Source of the DNA: an uncultured Planctomycetota bacterium
Lineage (GTDB): Bacteria; Planctomycetota; Planctomycetia; Isosphaerales; Isosphaeraceae
Length of the DNA stretch: 64,000 nucleotides
Reading direction: 5' to 3'
Assembly: GCA_963823665.1 (NCBI GenBank)
Contig: CAWGMQ010000004.1
Location: forward strand, 832,001-896,000
The notes beneath the pieces are model-generated. The model saw only the letters and a program-made list of their open reading frames with translations, searched no databases and had not been told where the DNA came from. Both the position numbers and the translations under genes were made by a program. Numbering within the stretch: position 1 is the stretch's first letter; each line of letters starts with the position of its first letter. Positions 20,352 through 32,784 of this stretch are shown here, one piece after another.

Positions 20352-21785
20352 ATGAATACTGCTCAAACCCAGCCAGCACATCACACGGATTCAGAACCGG
20401 AACCGGTCGCCGCTCTGGAGGGCCCGGAAGTGCACGAGCGTGAGGCCGCACCACCGCGGCGATCGAACGGGAAACTCTGGTTTCTGCTGTTCGCAATCTC
20501 TCTTGTCGGCGCGGGGGGGATTTACGTCTGGCAGGTTGGGCCGGAACGGGCCCGACATGACGCGGAGCGCATTCTGGCCTACGTGCAGCAGCACAACCCC
20601 ACGAACACGAAGAGTATTTCCGCGCCGCAACCGCCGGAGGAAGCAACGGCCGCAGCGCCGTGGGACGGCTTCGTTCGGATTACGCTCGAAGACGCCAAGA
20701 CGATCGGGCTGGTTGTGGTTTCGGTGCACCCGCAGGCTGATCCGATCAGGCTACCCCTGATGGGGCGCACGGATTACGATCCGAACAGCCTATCCAAGAT
20801 ACGTCCGAGATTCGATACACTCGTCGAGAAGGTGCGGGTGGAGAGGGGCCAAAAGGTCACGATCGGAGCGCCTCTGGTCGATCTGTTCAGTACCGAGCTC
20901 GCGGCGGCCAAGAACGACTTCCAGACCGCCTACGTGCAATGGGTACACGACCAGAATCTGCTCAGGATGAAGAAGAGGCTCCTCGTTGAGAAGGCCGCGT
21001 CGGAGCAGGTGGTGATCGATGCCCAGAACGACGAGAGCAAGAGCCGGCTGACCGCGGCAACCGCCAAAGAGAAATTGAAGGTATTCGGAGTCTCGGAAGA
21101 ACAGATCGAGTTATTGACCAAGAACCTCGGTAACGCGCCGATGCCCGAAGAGTTGCACGTAATCAGTGACAAGGCGCGGATGACGCGTCTTTCGCCGGTC
21201 GAAGGGAGCGTCATTCAGCGGGACGCCGTCCCGGGCAATCTTTATGACAACAACGACGTGCTCCTCACGATCGCGCCGCTCGACCACTTGTTTGTGTGGG
21301 TGAACGTCTACGAAGCCGACCAGGCGAAGGTCGCGGTGGGGCAGGAGATGGAGATTCGATTCCCATACCTGGACAAGACGGTCCCGTCGAAGGTCGAGTA
21401 TATTGCGAGTGAGGTGTCGAAGGACACACGCGCGATCTTGCTGCGAACGTCCGTGCCGAACATCGACGGCAAGCTGAAGGCCGACATGCTGGTGCGGGCG
21501 ACGCTCATGATTCCGCCAGTCACCGGCCAGACAGTGATCCCCCGCCAGGCGATGGTCGTCATGAACGGCGCGGAATATGCATTCGTTCAGAAGGCCGAGC
21601 AAGGCGACACACGCATTCAGCAATTCGAGCGCCGGCCGCTGGTTGTCGCGGAAGAGCGCGACGACCACGTTGTGGTACAAAGCGGCTTGAAACCAGGTGA
21701 ACACGTCGCATCCAACGGAGCACTGGTTCTGGCCCAACTGTACGAAGATCAGCAGATGATTGCGACTGGAATGCCGCTCAAATGA
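20352..21785 (+). CDS. RND efflux periplasmic adaptor (CzcB/CusB-like)
   Basis: N-terminal TM, then SPVEGSVIQRDAVPG, VWVNVYEAD, LKADMLV and GLKPGEHVASNG. Confidence 0.9.
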   Translation: MNTAQTQPAHHTDSEPEPVAALEGPEVHEREAAPPRRSNGKLWFLLFAISLVGAGGIYVWQVGPERARHDAERILAYVQQHNPTNTKSISAPQPPEEATAAAPWDGFVRITLEDAKTIGLVVVSVHPQADPIRLPLMGRTDYDPNSLSKIRPRFDTLVEKVRVERGQKVTIGAPLVDLFSTELAAAKNDFQTAYVQWVHDQNLLRMKKRLLVEKAASEQVVIDAQNDESKSRLTAATAKEKLKVFGVSEEQIELLTKNLGNAPMPEELHVISDKARMTRLSPVEGSVIQRDAVPGNLYDNNDVLLTIAPLDHLFVWVNVYEADQAKVAVGQEMEIRFPYLDKTVPSKVEYIASEVSKDTRAILLRTSVPNIDGKLKADMLVRATLMIPPVTGQTVIPRQAMVVMNGAEYAFVQKAEQGDTRIQQFERRPLVVAEERDDHVVVQSGLKPGEHVASNGALVLAQLYEDQQMIATGMPLK

Positions 21786-21794
21786 ACCGAGTGT

Positions 21795-21823
21795 TTGACC
21801 CGGTGCTCCGCGCGAAGTAGGAT
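21795..21823 (+). promoter_or_regulatory. Candidate sigma-70 promoter
   Basis: TTGACC-17 nt-TAGGAT, about 90 nt upstream of ATG 21912. Confidence 0.4.
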
Positions 21824-21911
21824 CGCGATTATCGTGTACATTCTCGAATCTCGGCGCTCTCGAACGAACCTTTCTGGCCGATAACCCCGTTTTCGGGAAA
21901 GGGGGCTCGTC

Positions 21912-22236
21912 ATGCCATTGTACGAGGTCGAAACAACATCGCACATCATGATTGCCTGCGTGGCCGATGAGCCGACGGCTCGCGCATTCGCGGCGGCGAA
22001 CTACCCTCAGGAGGAGATCATCCGGGTGACGCATCGTCCGCGTGACGCCTGGGTGATTTCGAAGAAGCTGCTGGGCATCCCGTCGTCGGCAGATCCCGTG
22101 CTCGGTGGCCCGCGACTGCCTGTCGAAAGCGGCGGGGGACAAGCTGCACGCGATGCGACTTTACATGCAGACCACCGGCAGCGACCTGGAAGGCGCGCGG
22201 AAGGTCATTGAGTCGAACATGGTGCTCGGCTGGTGA
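21912..22236 (+). CDS. Small conserved planctomycete-type hypothetical protein (frameshift near 22097)
   Basis: [17 protein letters not shown]...[11 protein letters not shown], continuing in the shifted frame as [44 protein letters not shown]. Confidence 0.7.
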
Positions 22237-22331
22237 GGCCGCCGGCTCTGATTCGGACGCAGAGAACCGGTGTGGGCCTCCGCCTCGTTGACGGAGGCCC
22301 TGCAGCCATGAACACCTGGAGGAGGAGAGCA

Positions 22332-23619
22332 ATGCCTCGGGTCATCTCATTGATCCTGGGCGGCGGTCGCGGCACTCGCTTGTTTCCGCTGACGAGATCG
22401 CGCAGCAAACCGGCCGTTCCGATCGCCGGGAAGTACCGGCTGATCGACATTCCCGTGTCGAATTGCATCAACTCCGGTCTGAACCGGATCTTCGTGGTGA
22501 CCCAGTTCAACTCGGTGAGTTTACATCGGCACATTTATAATACTTATAAATTCGATCCGTTCGGCGGCGGTTTTGTGGAGATTCTGGCCGCTCAGCAGAC
22601 GATGGAGCATGAGACGTGGTACCAGGGAACCGCCGACGCCGTGCGGCGGAACATTCCTTATTTCACCGACTCGCCGTACGACCTGGTGCTGATTCTCTCC
22701 GGTGACCAGCTTTACCGGATGGATTTTCAGGACATGATCCGCACTCATCTCGAGAACAAGGCCGCTGTGACGATCGCCGCGTTGCCGGTGGGCGGAGACC
22801 GAAGCGACGTCGTGCGGCATCATGAAGATCCATGCCGACGGTCGGGTCCAGGACTTCGAGGAGAAGCCCAAGACGCCGAGAAGCTCGCGCGAGTGCGCAC
22901 CGAGCCGGGCGGCTGGAACGGCTGGGATTGAACGCGGCCGACCGCCCTACCTGGCGAGCATGGGCATCTACCTGTTCAATCGCAGCCTGCTGGTGGATCT
23001 GCTCAGGTCAAGCACGGTGACCGACTTTGGCCACGAGTTGTTGCCCGCGGACAATTGCCGATCATCGCGTCCAGGCGCATCTTTTCGACGGGTACTGGGA
23101 GGACATCGGGACTGTCGGTGCATTTCACAAGGCGAACATCGATCTGACCTGCGATAAACCGGCGTTCGATTTCGCCTCGGAAGCCGGTCCGATCTTCACC
23201 AGGCCGAGGTTTCTGCCTTGCTCGCGCATATCGCGGCGCGACGGTCAAGAACAGCTTGGTCTGCGACGGGACGCGTGATCGGCCGCGGCTCGGTGATCGA
23301 GAATTCGGTGATCGGAGTGCGAGCTCGCGTGGGCGACAACGTCACGATTCGGAACTGCTACATCATGGGGATCGACGTTCTCGACGACCGGAACAGTGAT
23401 GCCGAAAACGTTCGCCTGGGCCGTCCGGCGCTCGGAGTCGGCGAGAATTCGGTCATCGAGGGATCGATCATTGACAAGAACGCCCGCATCGGCCGCAACG
23501 TCAGGGTTGTCAACCAGCGCGGGACGACGGACTCCGAAGAGCATCCGACTCACGTGATTCGTGACGGGGTGGTGGTGATCCCCAAGGCCGCCATCTTGAA
23601 GGATGGGACCGTCATCTGA
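22332..23619 (+). CDS. glgC: Glucose-1-phosphate adenylyltransferase (several frameshifts)
   Basis: [61 protein letters not shown] and IIDKNARIG, spread across successive frames. Confidence 0.93.
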
Positions 23620-23637
23620 GGCGGAGGCTTCGTGCGC

Positions 23638-24656
23638 ATGGCCGAATGTGCGATTCGGGTCAGGGATTTGCACAAGCGATATCCCGGGCGAAACGGTCCG
23701 GTTCACGCTGTCAACGGCATTGACCTGGAGATCAATCCGGGCGAATGCTTCGGGTTGCTGGGCCCCAATGGGGCAGGCAAGACAACCACCGTCGAGATCG
23801 TCGAGGGGTTGAATCAGCCCAGTTCGGGGGAAGTCGAAGTCCTTGGGATGAACTGGACTGCCGACGCGGTCGGAATACGAGAGACGGATCGGCGTCACGC
23901 TTCAGGAAACGCGGCTTCCCGACAAGGAGACCGTTCACGAGATCGTCGCATTGTTCCGGAGTTTTTATCGAACGGGGGCCGACCCGCACGACGTGATCGC
24001 ACGGGTGTCGCTCGAGGCCAAGGCTGACGCGTTCATCGAGCAACTCTCCGGTGGGCAGCAGCAGCGCCTGGCAGTGGCGCTGGCCTTGGTTGGCGATCCC
24101 GGAGGTTCTGTTCCTGGATGAGCCCACGACCGGACTGGACCCACAGTCCCGCCGCCAGCTCTGGGAGGTGATTCGCGACTTCCGTGCGCGCGGGCGCACG
24201 ATCGTGCTGACCACCCACTACATGGACGAGGCGGAGCGGCTGTGTGACCGGGTTGCGATCATCGATCATGGCAAGATCATCGCGCAGGGCTCGCCGGCCG
24301 AGTTGATTTCACGCCTGGGGGGCGATCACATCATCGAGTTTGCCCTGGAAGAAAGCGCCGCCGGATTGCCGCTCGAATTGAACGTACTACTGGGGCTCGA
24401 GTCGGTGCTGGCGGCGAGGGTTGAAAACGACGGCTACGTGTTGACCGTCACGCAGCCACACCGCGCGATTCCGGCCCTGCTCTCAACGAGGTCGATCGCC
24501 TCGAGCGGTCGCTGGCCCGCTTGACGACGAGGCATGTAAGTCTCGAAGACGTCTTCGTCGTGCTGACCGGCCGGCACCTGCGCGACGACAGTGAAGATGG
24601 TGACGGCTGCACGCGGACCCCTCGGGCGGAAAAGCCGCTGGAAAAGACGGGCTTGA
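23638..24656 (+). CDS. ABC transporter ATP-binding protein (frameshifted)
   Basis: Walker [10 protein letters not shown], signature LSGGQQQR, Walker [11 protein letters not shown] and H-loop [10 protein letters not shown]. Confidence 0.9.
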
Positions 24657-24712
24657 CCGGGCCAGCAACACACGGCTCCCGATTCTGACACTCTCGAGGT
24701 GCAAAGCACTTT

Positions 24713-25810
24713 ATGTTTCGATCGTCTCCGCTCTTTCAGCTCTATCTGGTCCGTCTGCGCGACTTCTACCGTCAGCCGGCCCGTGTCTTCTGGGTTTACG
24801 GTTTTCCGACGATCATGGCGATCTCGCTTGGATTGGCGTTTCAGAATCGGCCACCAGCCCCGATTGAAGTCGACGTGGTCAAGAAATCGGGGGCGGACGA
24901 AGTGATTGCCGCCGTCAAGGCACACAACCTTTCCCTCGAGAGCGCCAAATCAGCGGGGAAGCCGCGACTGAACGTGCCCGCGATCAAGCTACACGAAGCT
25001 TCCGAAGACTGAATCGCTCGAACGGCTGAAGAACGGCATGACGCCCCTGGTCATCGAGCCGCTGCGGGCCCCAGGTCGTGCGTGTATCACTACGACCCGA
25101 CACGACCAGAAGCTAGCGCCGCCCGCCAGGTCGTCGACGATGTTCTCCAGCGCGCCCTCGATCGCCAAGACCCGCGGTCAACGAGCGACGTGTATGTGAT
25201 GCGAGCCGGGATCGCGATACATTGATTTTCTGATTCCTGGCTTGATCGGGCTCAATGCCATGGGCGGGGGGCTTTGGGGAATCGGGTTCCTGGTGGTGAA
25301 CTTCCGGATCGCCAAGCTTCTGAAGCGGTTCGTCGCGACGCCGATGCCGAGGCGCGATTTCTTGCTGGCCCTACTCGGGCGCGCGACTGACCTTCGTCCT
25401 CCCCGACTTGACGGTGCTGCTCCTGCTCGGGACCCTCATGTTCAAGATGCCGATCCGCGGAAACCTCGCACTCATCATCGCGATCGACATGCTGGGCGCA
25501 CTCGCCTTCGCCGGAATCGGGTTGCTCGTCGGCAGCCGCGCCACCACCACCGAGGCCGTCAGCGGCCTGATGAACCTGGTCATGCTGCCGATGTGGCTGC
25601 TCTCCGGCGTATTCTTCGCTTCCAGCCGCTTTCCCGATTGGTTGCAAGGCTTGATCAGCGCGTTGCCGCTGACTCAACTCGTGAACGCCCTGCGCGTGGT
25701 AATTCTCAAAGGTGCCGGGCCGCTCGAGGTGGCTCTCGCCGATGGCGATCCTCGCCGCGTGGGCCATCGTCACGTTCGCGCTCGCACTCCGCTTTTTCCG
25801 GTGGACTTGA
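24713..25810 (+). CDS. ABC-2 type transporter permease (frameshifted)
   Basis: RQPARVFWVYGFP, RYIDFLIPGLIGLNAMGGGLWGIGF, LPMWLLSGVFF and LPLTQLVNALR. Confidence 0.85.
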
Positions 25811-26455
25811 CGGAGACTCGAACTGCGGATGCTTGAAGAGCCGATTCCAGTCGGACCACCAACCCTGTCCCACGACTCGACAGGGCAGGGGGGGTACGTC
25901 GACTTCATCGATCAGTTGTCCAAGGAATGTCGCCTTCGCCAGGATCTCGGTGTCGAGGAACGACGACTTCGACTGGAGCACGATGGCGAGTAGCTTCTCA
26001 AGTCGATGAAGGCGGCATGGCGAGTGGACATCGTCCAGCGGCACGGCGAAGATCAACTTTCGCAGCAGTTTGGTTACCCAGTTGGCGGCGCGACTACGCG
26101 TCGCCTTCGGGCGCCGGCCGATGACATGGTCGCTTGCGTCGATGGCCTCGACCAGCGGATCCAGGTGATCCGCGGTCCATGGCTCCACCGCGGTCGTAAC
26201 CAGCACCAGAGGCATGTGTGCCTCTTCTAACCCACGGCGAAGCGCTTCCGCAAGGTCGTGATCCGCGACTGAGATGATTCGTTGCTCGACCGGACGTCCG
26301 AGTTCGGCAATTCGTCGCAACAATGGGGCAATGACTGCTTCCGCGTGCTCCGACGGCAACTCGGTGAGGATGACGATTCGGATGCCCGCGCCGGGAAGGG
26401 GATCGCGCTTGAAATGGGCCGAGAAGGGGTCGTCGGTGTCCTCGCTCGTCGTCAT
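25706..26455 (-). CDS. Degenerate glycosyltransferase family 2-like protein
   Basis: ALRRGLEEA..PLVLV, DHVIGRR, DVHSPCRLHR and FLDTEILAKA resemble the DPM-synthase-like GT2 C-terminal half. No clear DxD motif. Confidence 0.6.
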   Translation of the reverse strand: MTTSEDTDDPFSAHFKRDPLPGAGIRIVILTELPSEHAEAVIAPLLRRIAELGRPVEQRIISVADHDLAEALRRGLEEAHMPLVLVTTAVEPWTADHLDPLVEAIDASDHVIGRRPKATRSRAANWVTKLLRKLIFAVPLDDVHSPCRLHRLEKLLAIVLQSKSSFLDTEILAKATFLGQLIDEVDVPPLPCRVVGQGWWSDWNRLFKHPQFESPSSPPEKAECERERDDGPRGEDRHRREPPRAARHL

Positions 26456-26499
26456 TAGAAGCTCCAATGGTTGTGCGCCGCCGTGGCGGAACGAATCAC

Positions 26500-27378
26500 T
26501 CAACCGGACGCCGCCCCGCTCAACCAGCGTTTGATCTCCTGGCGATATGACTCGCCCAGCCGGCGTGCGAGCGGGCCGGGCACTCCAGACCCGATTCTGT
26601 GTCCGTCAATTTCGATCACCGGCAAAACCTCGTATGTGGTACCGACTAGGATGACCTCGTCGGCAGCGACGAGCGCCGGCAAGAGTCACGCGAGTCCCGG
26701 CGAAGGGAATTCGCCATTGGCTCTAACATATCGCAGGACGAGGCCTCGCGTCATACCTGGGAGGATTTCATGGCCCTCCGGCGTTCCTTCCAGACGACCT
26801 TCGCGATGCCAGAGCAAGCGACGAGTGAGTCGCTTCGGTCACGAAACCCTCCTGAATCGATCAACACAGCCTCGTGGCAACCGGCGCGGCGGGCGGCCTC
26901 ACTCGCCAGTACATTGGCGAGGAGGTTGGTTGACTTGATGTCACATCGCTTCCAGCGTAGATCGCTCTGGCTGATCATTCGCGCTCCCGACTCGCGCACT
27001 CGAGCGGCCGGACCATCGTCGTACGGACGAACCACGATCAGCTCGGTCGGCGATACCGGAGGATCCGGGAAGACGTGAGCCCGGGGCGCTACGCCCCGCG
27101 TCACTTGCACGTAGACCGTTCCTTCCCGGATCCCGGAGAGAGCAACCGTTCGATCCATCCGTTCAACGAGGCGATCCATTTCGATCGGGCAGAATTCGCA
27201 GCTCCTTGAGGCTTCGTTTCAGTCGTGCGAGGTGCTCCCCCTCGAGCCATCGTCGACCGTCATACATGCGAAAGACTTCATAGACCGCGTCGCCAAACAG
27301 GAAGCCACGGTCCCACACCGGCACCATCGCGCGCTCAATCGGCATGATGTCGCCGTTGAGACAAGCCAGAACCTCCAT
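26500..27378 (-). CDS. Class IV aminotransferase (D-amino-acid aminotransferase-like), frameshifted
   Basis: DRGFLFGDAVYE, YVQVTRG, RCDIKSTNLLAN (PLP lysine) and ADEVILVGTT. Confidence 0.9.
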
Positions 27379-27609
27379 CAGAGGTCATCCTCTTGTTGAT
27401 TCAAGTTGCAGAAGACCAACCGGTCCTCGACAAAGACAAAACCGGCGAGAATGGTGCCCCAAAAGCCCTTCGCCGGCATCGCGCTATCCTACGACACGGC
27501 GGATTCGCTGTCGAGAGTCCGAGGGAATTCTCGAGAGAGCGCACACTCGGCCGTTGATGCCTTCGGCAACCGGGGTATTCTTCGCGCATTCCTCCGACGA
27601 TCCGCAGTC

Positions 27610-29566
27610 TCATTCTTTTCCGAAATCAACGGCCACTTTGGCCGGTTTGGCCGCGAGCATCTTTTCGAGTTGGCGGTCGACTTCGGCTGAGGTTCGGAGG
27701 TTACGATTGACAACCTTGCCGTCGGAATCGACCAGGAACATGCTCGGCAAGAGAATGATCCCGTAGTCCACAGCCAGCCGGCTTTCCATGCCGCCAGCCT
27801 CGAAGATCTGAGGCCAGGAGATCCGCTGCTCTTTCAGAAAAGCCACAACCTCGGCCCGATCGTTGTCGAGATTGACGCCGATGATCTCGAGACCGTCTTT
27901 CTTGTGCTTTTCGTAGAGCTTGACCAGCTCCGGCATGTCTTGCTTCACCGGCGTCGCCCAGCTCGCCCAGAACACGATCAGCACGGGTTTGCCGCGATAC
28001 TTCGATGAATCAACCGTTTCGTTCTCTAGGCCGGTGCCCGCGATCGAGAGCGCCTTGCCGGCAAGATCGAGTCGCCGCAGCGCTCCAGCGGCTTTCTTGC
28101 CGGATTCGGTCGCGGAGTAGTTCTTCACGAGTCGCTCATATTGCTCGCGGGCCTTGGCTTCATCGGCATTGAACTCATTGGCATTGGCCAGGTGGAATAA
28201 AACCGGCGCGGCCTCCTCCGACTCCGAGAACTTGTCCAGGAACTTCTCGAGCTCGGCCATCCATTTCTTCTGATTGGCAACGAAATTGGCGCCGTCCTCA
28301 TCGTTCTTCATCGCAAAATCCGCGTCGATCAAACTGTACGCGGCGTAGGAGGCCAATCGATCCCCTTCATTGATGATCGCCTCGAGTGGTTTCCGCCCCT
28401 CCGGATATAGCCCCGTCCGCAGCGCCGAGATCAGACTGTCGACCACTTGCTTGCTATACGAGAGCTTTTCATCTGCATTCTTGGATTTTTTCACGAGATC
28501 GCGAACAAAAGGAATGCGATTGACGTGATAGCGAGCGATGCCTTTCTTGTCGCCATTCTGCAGCAGCGGGGCACTCTTCGCGTCGTAGTCGGCCAGAGCC
28601 TTCAGTGCGAGCTCCATTTCCTCGTCGCGAGGTTCAACGTTTCCTGCCCGGTCGAACAGCAGCGAACGCAGGCTGCTCGCGGCGGCAACGATCGGTTTTT
28701 CAGGATCGATCGCATGGGGCAAGTCGACGAACTTCCACGTCGATCCTAGCTGGATCATGTCGGGAACCTGCAAGAACGCCATCTTGGCCGCGTTCTGCTG
28801 GGCAGCCGTCGTCCCGGGAATCGCCATCGCATTTTCGTAGAGCGTCACATCCTTCGCCAGCCCCACTGCCGGATCGGCCGGAATCACGTGCGGAAACGTT
28901 CCGTCGAATCGGTTCCACATCGTCTGGGCATTCCAGCCGATCAATTGTTTTCGCAGGGCGGCAAGCTGCTCGGGCCGCTTCTCTGCGGCCGCCGCCACCT
29001 TCGCGACAACGTCCTTCGGCACGCCGGCGTCGGCGAGTTCCGCCGCGCTCGCCATCACGGTCTCGAGCAGGCCCGCATCACCGGCCACAAGCGCCTGAAC
29101 AAGCACCTTCGATGCCTCCTCGGCCGAAATCTGCTTCCAGCTCTTGACCTTCCCCCCCTCGATCAGGGCGATCCGGCTGCCGCCGGAGTTCAGCCAGCGA
29201 CACTCGTCGAGGTGATTGTCGCCGTTCACGTCGTCCTCGCGATATACCTCGAATCCATCCTGGTAATAGCTCCACTGGTCCATCCGCCCGCCCCGCGCAC
29301 TCACAAATCGGCGCAGCATTTTCCCTTGCGGATCGCGCAGCGCATACCCGATTTTCCTGTTCTCCGCATTCACGACCGGCTCAACCTTGCACGCGTTCCT
29401 CGTCGCCTCGTCCGTCGGCGTGTCGTATTCGACCCCGAGCTGGCTCGGCTTGAGCTTGAGCAATGCGGCCGCAGGCGCATCCTTCGAAGCACCCTGCGCA
29501 AGAGCCGACCCGCTCAATGAGTCCCAGAACCGTAAGTACGCTTAGCGAGTGCCCAAGACCTCGCAT
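27610..29566 (-). CDS. Secreted protein with C-terminal TlpA/thioredoxin-fold domain lacking CxxC
   Basis: C-terminal YRGKPVLIVFWASWATPV...EIIGVNLD...LPSMFLVDSDGKV. Signal peptide MRGLGHSLSVLTVLGL from 29566, with a frameshift near 29515. Confidence 0.8.
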
Positions 29567-29981
29567 CGCCGCCCCCTTTGCAGCCGGGCTCACCGCCCGG
29601 CATATTCCCCCGTCGAGCGACCTCATCGACCCCGCCGGCTCGCGATTCCTCATTCCCGTTTTCCCCATCATCTGGTTCAACTCGAATCCCCGCTCCTGCG
29701 GCCATCGCCCCCGCTTGTAACTCTTACCACGCGAGCTGCCAATTTGCGTCAATTCCTCAAAACCATTCCACGACGCATGACGCGAGAAATCGCCACCATC
29801 GTTGTCATCGGCATTCTGAGCGCTTGGCTCAAGTCGTTCCACACCGAACCCCTACGTCACCATCGATCCGTCGCCTTTCCCGAAAAAAACGGCGGCGAAG
29901 ACTGGGAAACTCGAGTGATCTGTGCAAGGAATATGCCATGGCAAACACCGGATCGCGATCTCGAATGGGTTTATAAAGGTT

Positions 29982-31121
29982 ATGGCCCGATTGGACCTCG
30001 TGTCTCGCCCGTCTCGAACGAGAACCGTTCAAATGCCTCATCGCGATGGTTGCTTGCGGGCTCGCAACGACCCGCGCAAGACGCGCCAGCGCCCCGCTCC
30101 ACGCAAGCACCTCTCTATCCCGACCACGCCCATCTCATGCTCGTTCGCGATGGGCTCGGTCACGAGCGAGCGATTGAAACACGGGCGGATTGGAACGTCC
30201 GGCGAGACCACATACTGGCCCATTTTCAGGACGTCGCCGGGAAGCTGCCCGGTGGCGAGCGCCGGGTTCCTCTCGACGTCCGGGTAACCTCTACGACCAA
30301 GGAGGCCGCCTTCACCCGCAAGAAGATCTCGTTCGCCACCGAGTCCGGAGACCGAGTTCCAGCCTGGCTGCTTCTGCCGGATCCCGTTCGCACGCCCGCC
30401 GCCAAACGCCCGGCCGTACTGTGTTTGCATCAGACGATCGCCATCGGCAAGGATGAGCCGGCCGGCCTCGGCGCGAACCTCGAGCTGGCTTACTCCCGCG
30501 AGCTCGCCGAGCGAGGCTACGTTACGCTGGCTCCAGACTACCCCAATTTCGGCGAATACAAGGTTAATGTTTACGACCTGGGCTACACGAGCGCCACCAT
30601 GAAGGCCATCTGGAACAACCTGCGCGCCGTCGATCTGCTCAGCGACCTGCCTGAAGTCGACCCGTCTCGCATCGGCGTCATCGGCCACTCGCTCGGCGGG
30701 CACAATGCAATCTTCACGGCCCTCTTCGATGTGCGTATCAAGGCCGTGGTCTCGTCGTGCGGCTTCAACGCTTTCCCGTTCTACTACAAAGGCAACATCG
30801 CGGGCTGGTCGCACCAGGGTTACATGCCGTCGCTGCGAGCTCGCTTTGGGCTCGATCTCAAGCGAGTTCCATTCGACTTCCCCGAGCTGATCGCCGCACT
30901 GGCCCCGCGCGCATTCTTCACCAGCTCTCCGCTTCGTGATGCTAATTTTGAGGTTGAAGGTGTGCGGGCGTGCATCACCGCCGCGCGGCCGGTCTACGAG
31001 CTGGAGCGACGCGCCGGATCGTCTCGTCGCCCTCTTTCCCGACGCCGACCATTCCTTCCCAAAAGCAGCCCGTCAGGACGCTTACCGCTTCCTCGATCGC
31101 TTCTTGGCACCTCCACCTTGA
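29982..31121 (+). CDS. Alpha/beta hydrolase (dienelactone hydrolase / acetylxylan esterase-like), frameshifted
   Basis: PAVLCLHQT, nucleophile GHSLGG, and catalytic His (DHSFP) in the shifted frame. Start uncertain. Confidence 0.85.
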
Positions 31122-31145
31122 CGTCGTCGCCGGAGCCCAGACTCC

Positions 31146-31173
31146 TTGACAAAAAAGCAAATGGGCGTAGTCT
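31146..31173 (+). promoter_or_regulatory. Candidate sigma-70 promoter
   Basis: TTGACA-16 nt-TAGTCT upstream of the response regulator. Confidence 0.35.
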
Positions 31174-31296
31174 ACGATACGTTGCCACAAGTGCACGGAT
31201 CGCGTACGAAGTCGCATCCAGACATCGAGAAATACGGCTGATGTTTGACGGTTCGACCAGGATCACACCACTCGCCAACGCACGGATGAAGGCGCC

Positions 31297-32724
31297 ATGG
31301 AACGACGCATCCTCGTGGTCGATGACAGCGAGTTGATCTGCCAGCAGCTTTCGCAGTTGCTCGCGCTTCCCGACCGGCAGATCGCGTTCGCAACCGACGG
31401 CACGGCCGCGCTCGAATGGCTGGTCGAGCACCCTTGCTCGCTGGTGCTCACCGACTTGCGGCTCCCAGGTATCAGTGGTCTTGATCTGATCAAGGAGATC
31501 CGCAAGAAGGACCTGCCGGTCACGGTCATCGTCATGACAGGCTTCGCGACAGTCGAAGACACCGTCGAAGCGATTAAACTGGGTGCTTACGACCTGGTTC
31601 AGAAGCCGCTCGATACGGTCAGCCTCGAGGTCCTTGTGAATCATGCGCTCGAAGACCGCCGGCTGATCGACGAGGTCGCCGATCTTCGCTGCCGGCTCCA
31701 GCGAAAATCCGCCTACCATAACTTGCTCGGCCAGAGTCCAGGTATCACCGAGGTCTTCGAGCGCGTTGCACGGGTTGGATCCTCGTCCTGCACCGTCTTG
31801 ATCACCGGCGAAACCGGCACCGGCAAGGAGCTCGTGGCCCAGGCGATTCATTTCAGCGATGTCACTCGCCGTGGGCCACTGGTCGCGGTCAACTGCGCGG
31901 CCCTCCCCGAGCACCTGCTTGAAAGCGAGCTCTTCGGTCACGAACGCGGTGCCTTCACCGGAGCCGAACGCCAGAAAAAAGGCCGGTTCGACCTGGCCGA
32001 GGGAGGAACTCTCTTTCTCGATGAGATCGGTGAGATGCCGCTGGGAATGCAGGTCAAGCTGCTGCGCGTCCTCCAGGACGGCCGCTTCGAGCGCGTGGGC
32101 GGAAACGACGCCATCCAGACCGATTGCCGCGTCATCGCCGCCACCAACATCGTTCTTGCGGAGGCCGTCGCCGCAGGCCGATTCCGCGAAGATCTCTTCT
32201 ATCGCTTGAACGTCGTGTCGATCGACGTACCCCCCTTGCGAGAGCGACTGGAAGACATTCCACTCCTGGTTAACCACTTCCTGGACAAGATCGCCGAAAA
32301 GGGCCTCCCCATCAAAACACTCTCCCGACAGGCTCTCTCCAGGCTGATGAGCTATGACTGGCCGGGCAACGTCCGCGAGCTCGAGCACGCCCTCGAACAG
32401 GCAAGCGTCACCACCAGCGGCCCCCTGATCGAGCCCGAGAACCTGCCGCCCCAGATCGTCGCACGCCACGATGAACCCTTCCATCTCGATTTCGACCACC
32501 GCCGCCCACTTTCTGAGATCACCGCGGATTTCACCAGCCGGATCGAGCGAGCCTACCTCCAGCGCGTGCTCGAGAAATACCGCGGGCGGGTTGAGCTGTG
32601 CGCCCAACATTGCGGCCTCTCGCGACGAAGCATCAGCGAGAAACTCCGCCGCTACCAGATCGATAAACGCGATTTCAAGCTTCATCCCCCCAACAGGAAA
32701 AACGCCGCCTTGGCCGCCCGGTAG
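31297..32724 (+). CDS. Sigma-54-dependent response regulator (NtrC family)
   Basis: Receiver ILVVDD...TDLRLPG. AAA+ motifs [23 protein letters not shown] and WPGNVREL. C-terminal Fis-type HTH. Confidence 0.95.
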   Translation: MERRILVVDDSELICQQLSQLLALPDRQIAFATDGTAALEWLVEHPCSLVLTDLRLPGISGLDLIKEIRKKDLPVTVIVMTGFATVEDTVEAIKLGAYDLVQKPLDTVSLEVLVNHALEDRRLIDEVADLRCRLQRKSAYHNLLGQSPGITEVFERVARVGSSSCTVLITGETGTGKELVAQAIHFSDVTRRGPLVAVNCAALPEHLLESELFGHERGAFTGAERQKKGRFDLAEGGTLFLDEIGEMPLGMQVKLLRVLQDGRFERVGGNDAIQTDCRVIAATNIVLAEAVAAGRFREDLFYRLNVVSIDVPPLRERLEDIPLLVNHFLDKIAEKGLPIKTLSRQALSRLMSYDWPGNVRELEHALEQASVTTSGPLIEPENLPPQIVARHDEPFHLDFDHRRPLSEITADFTSRIERAYLQRVLEKYRGRVELCAQHCGLSRRSISEKLRRYQIDKRDFKLHPPNRKNAALAAR

Positions 32725-32784
32725 CCGGCCAGCCTGAGTCAACGGCCAGGCGCGATCGCCGCCCACCCACGACGAGAGACACCG

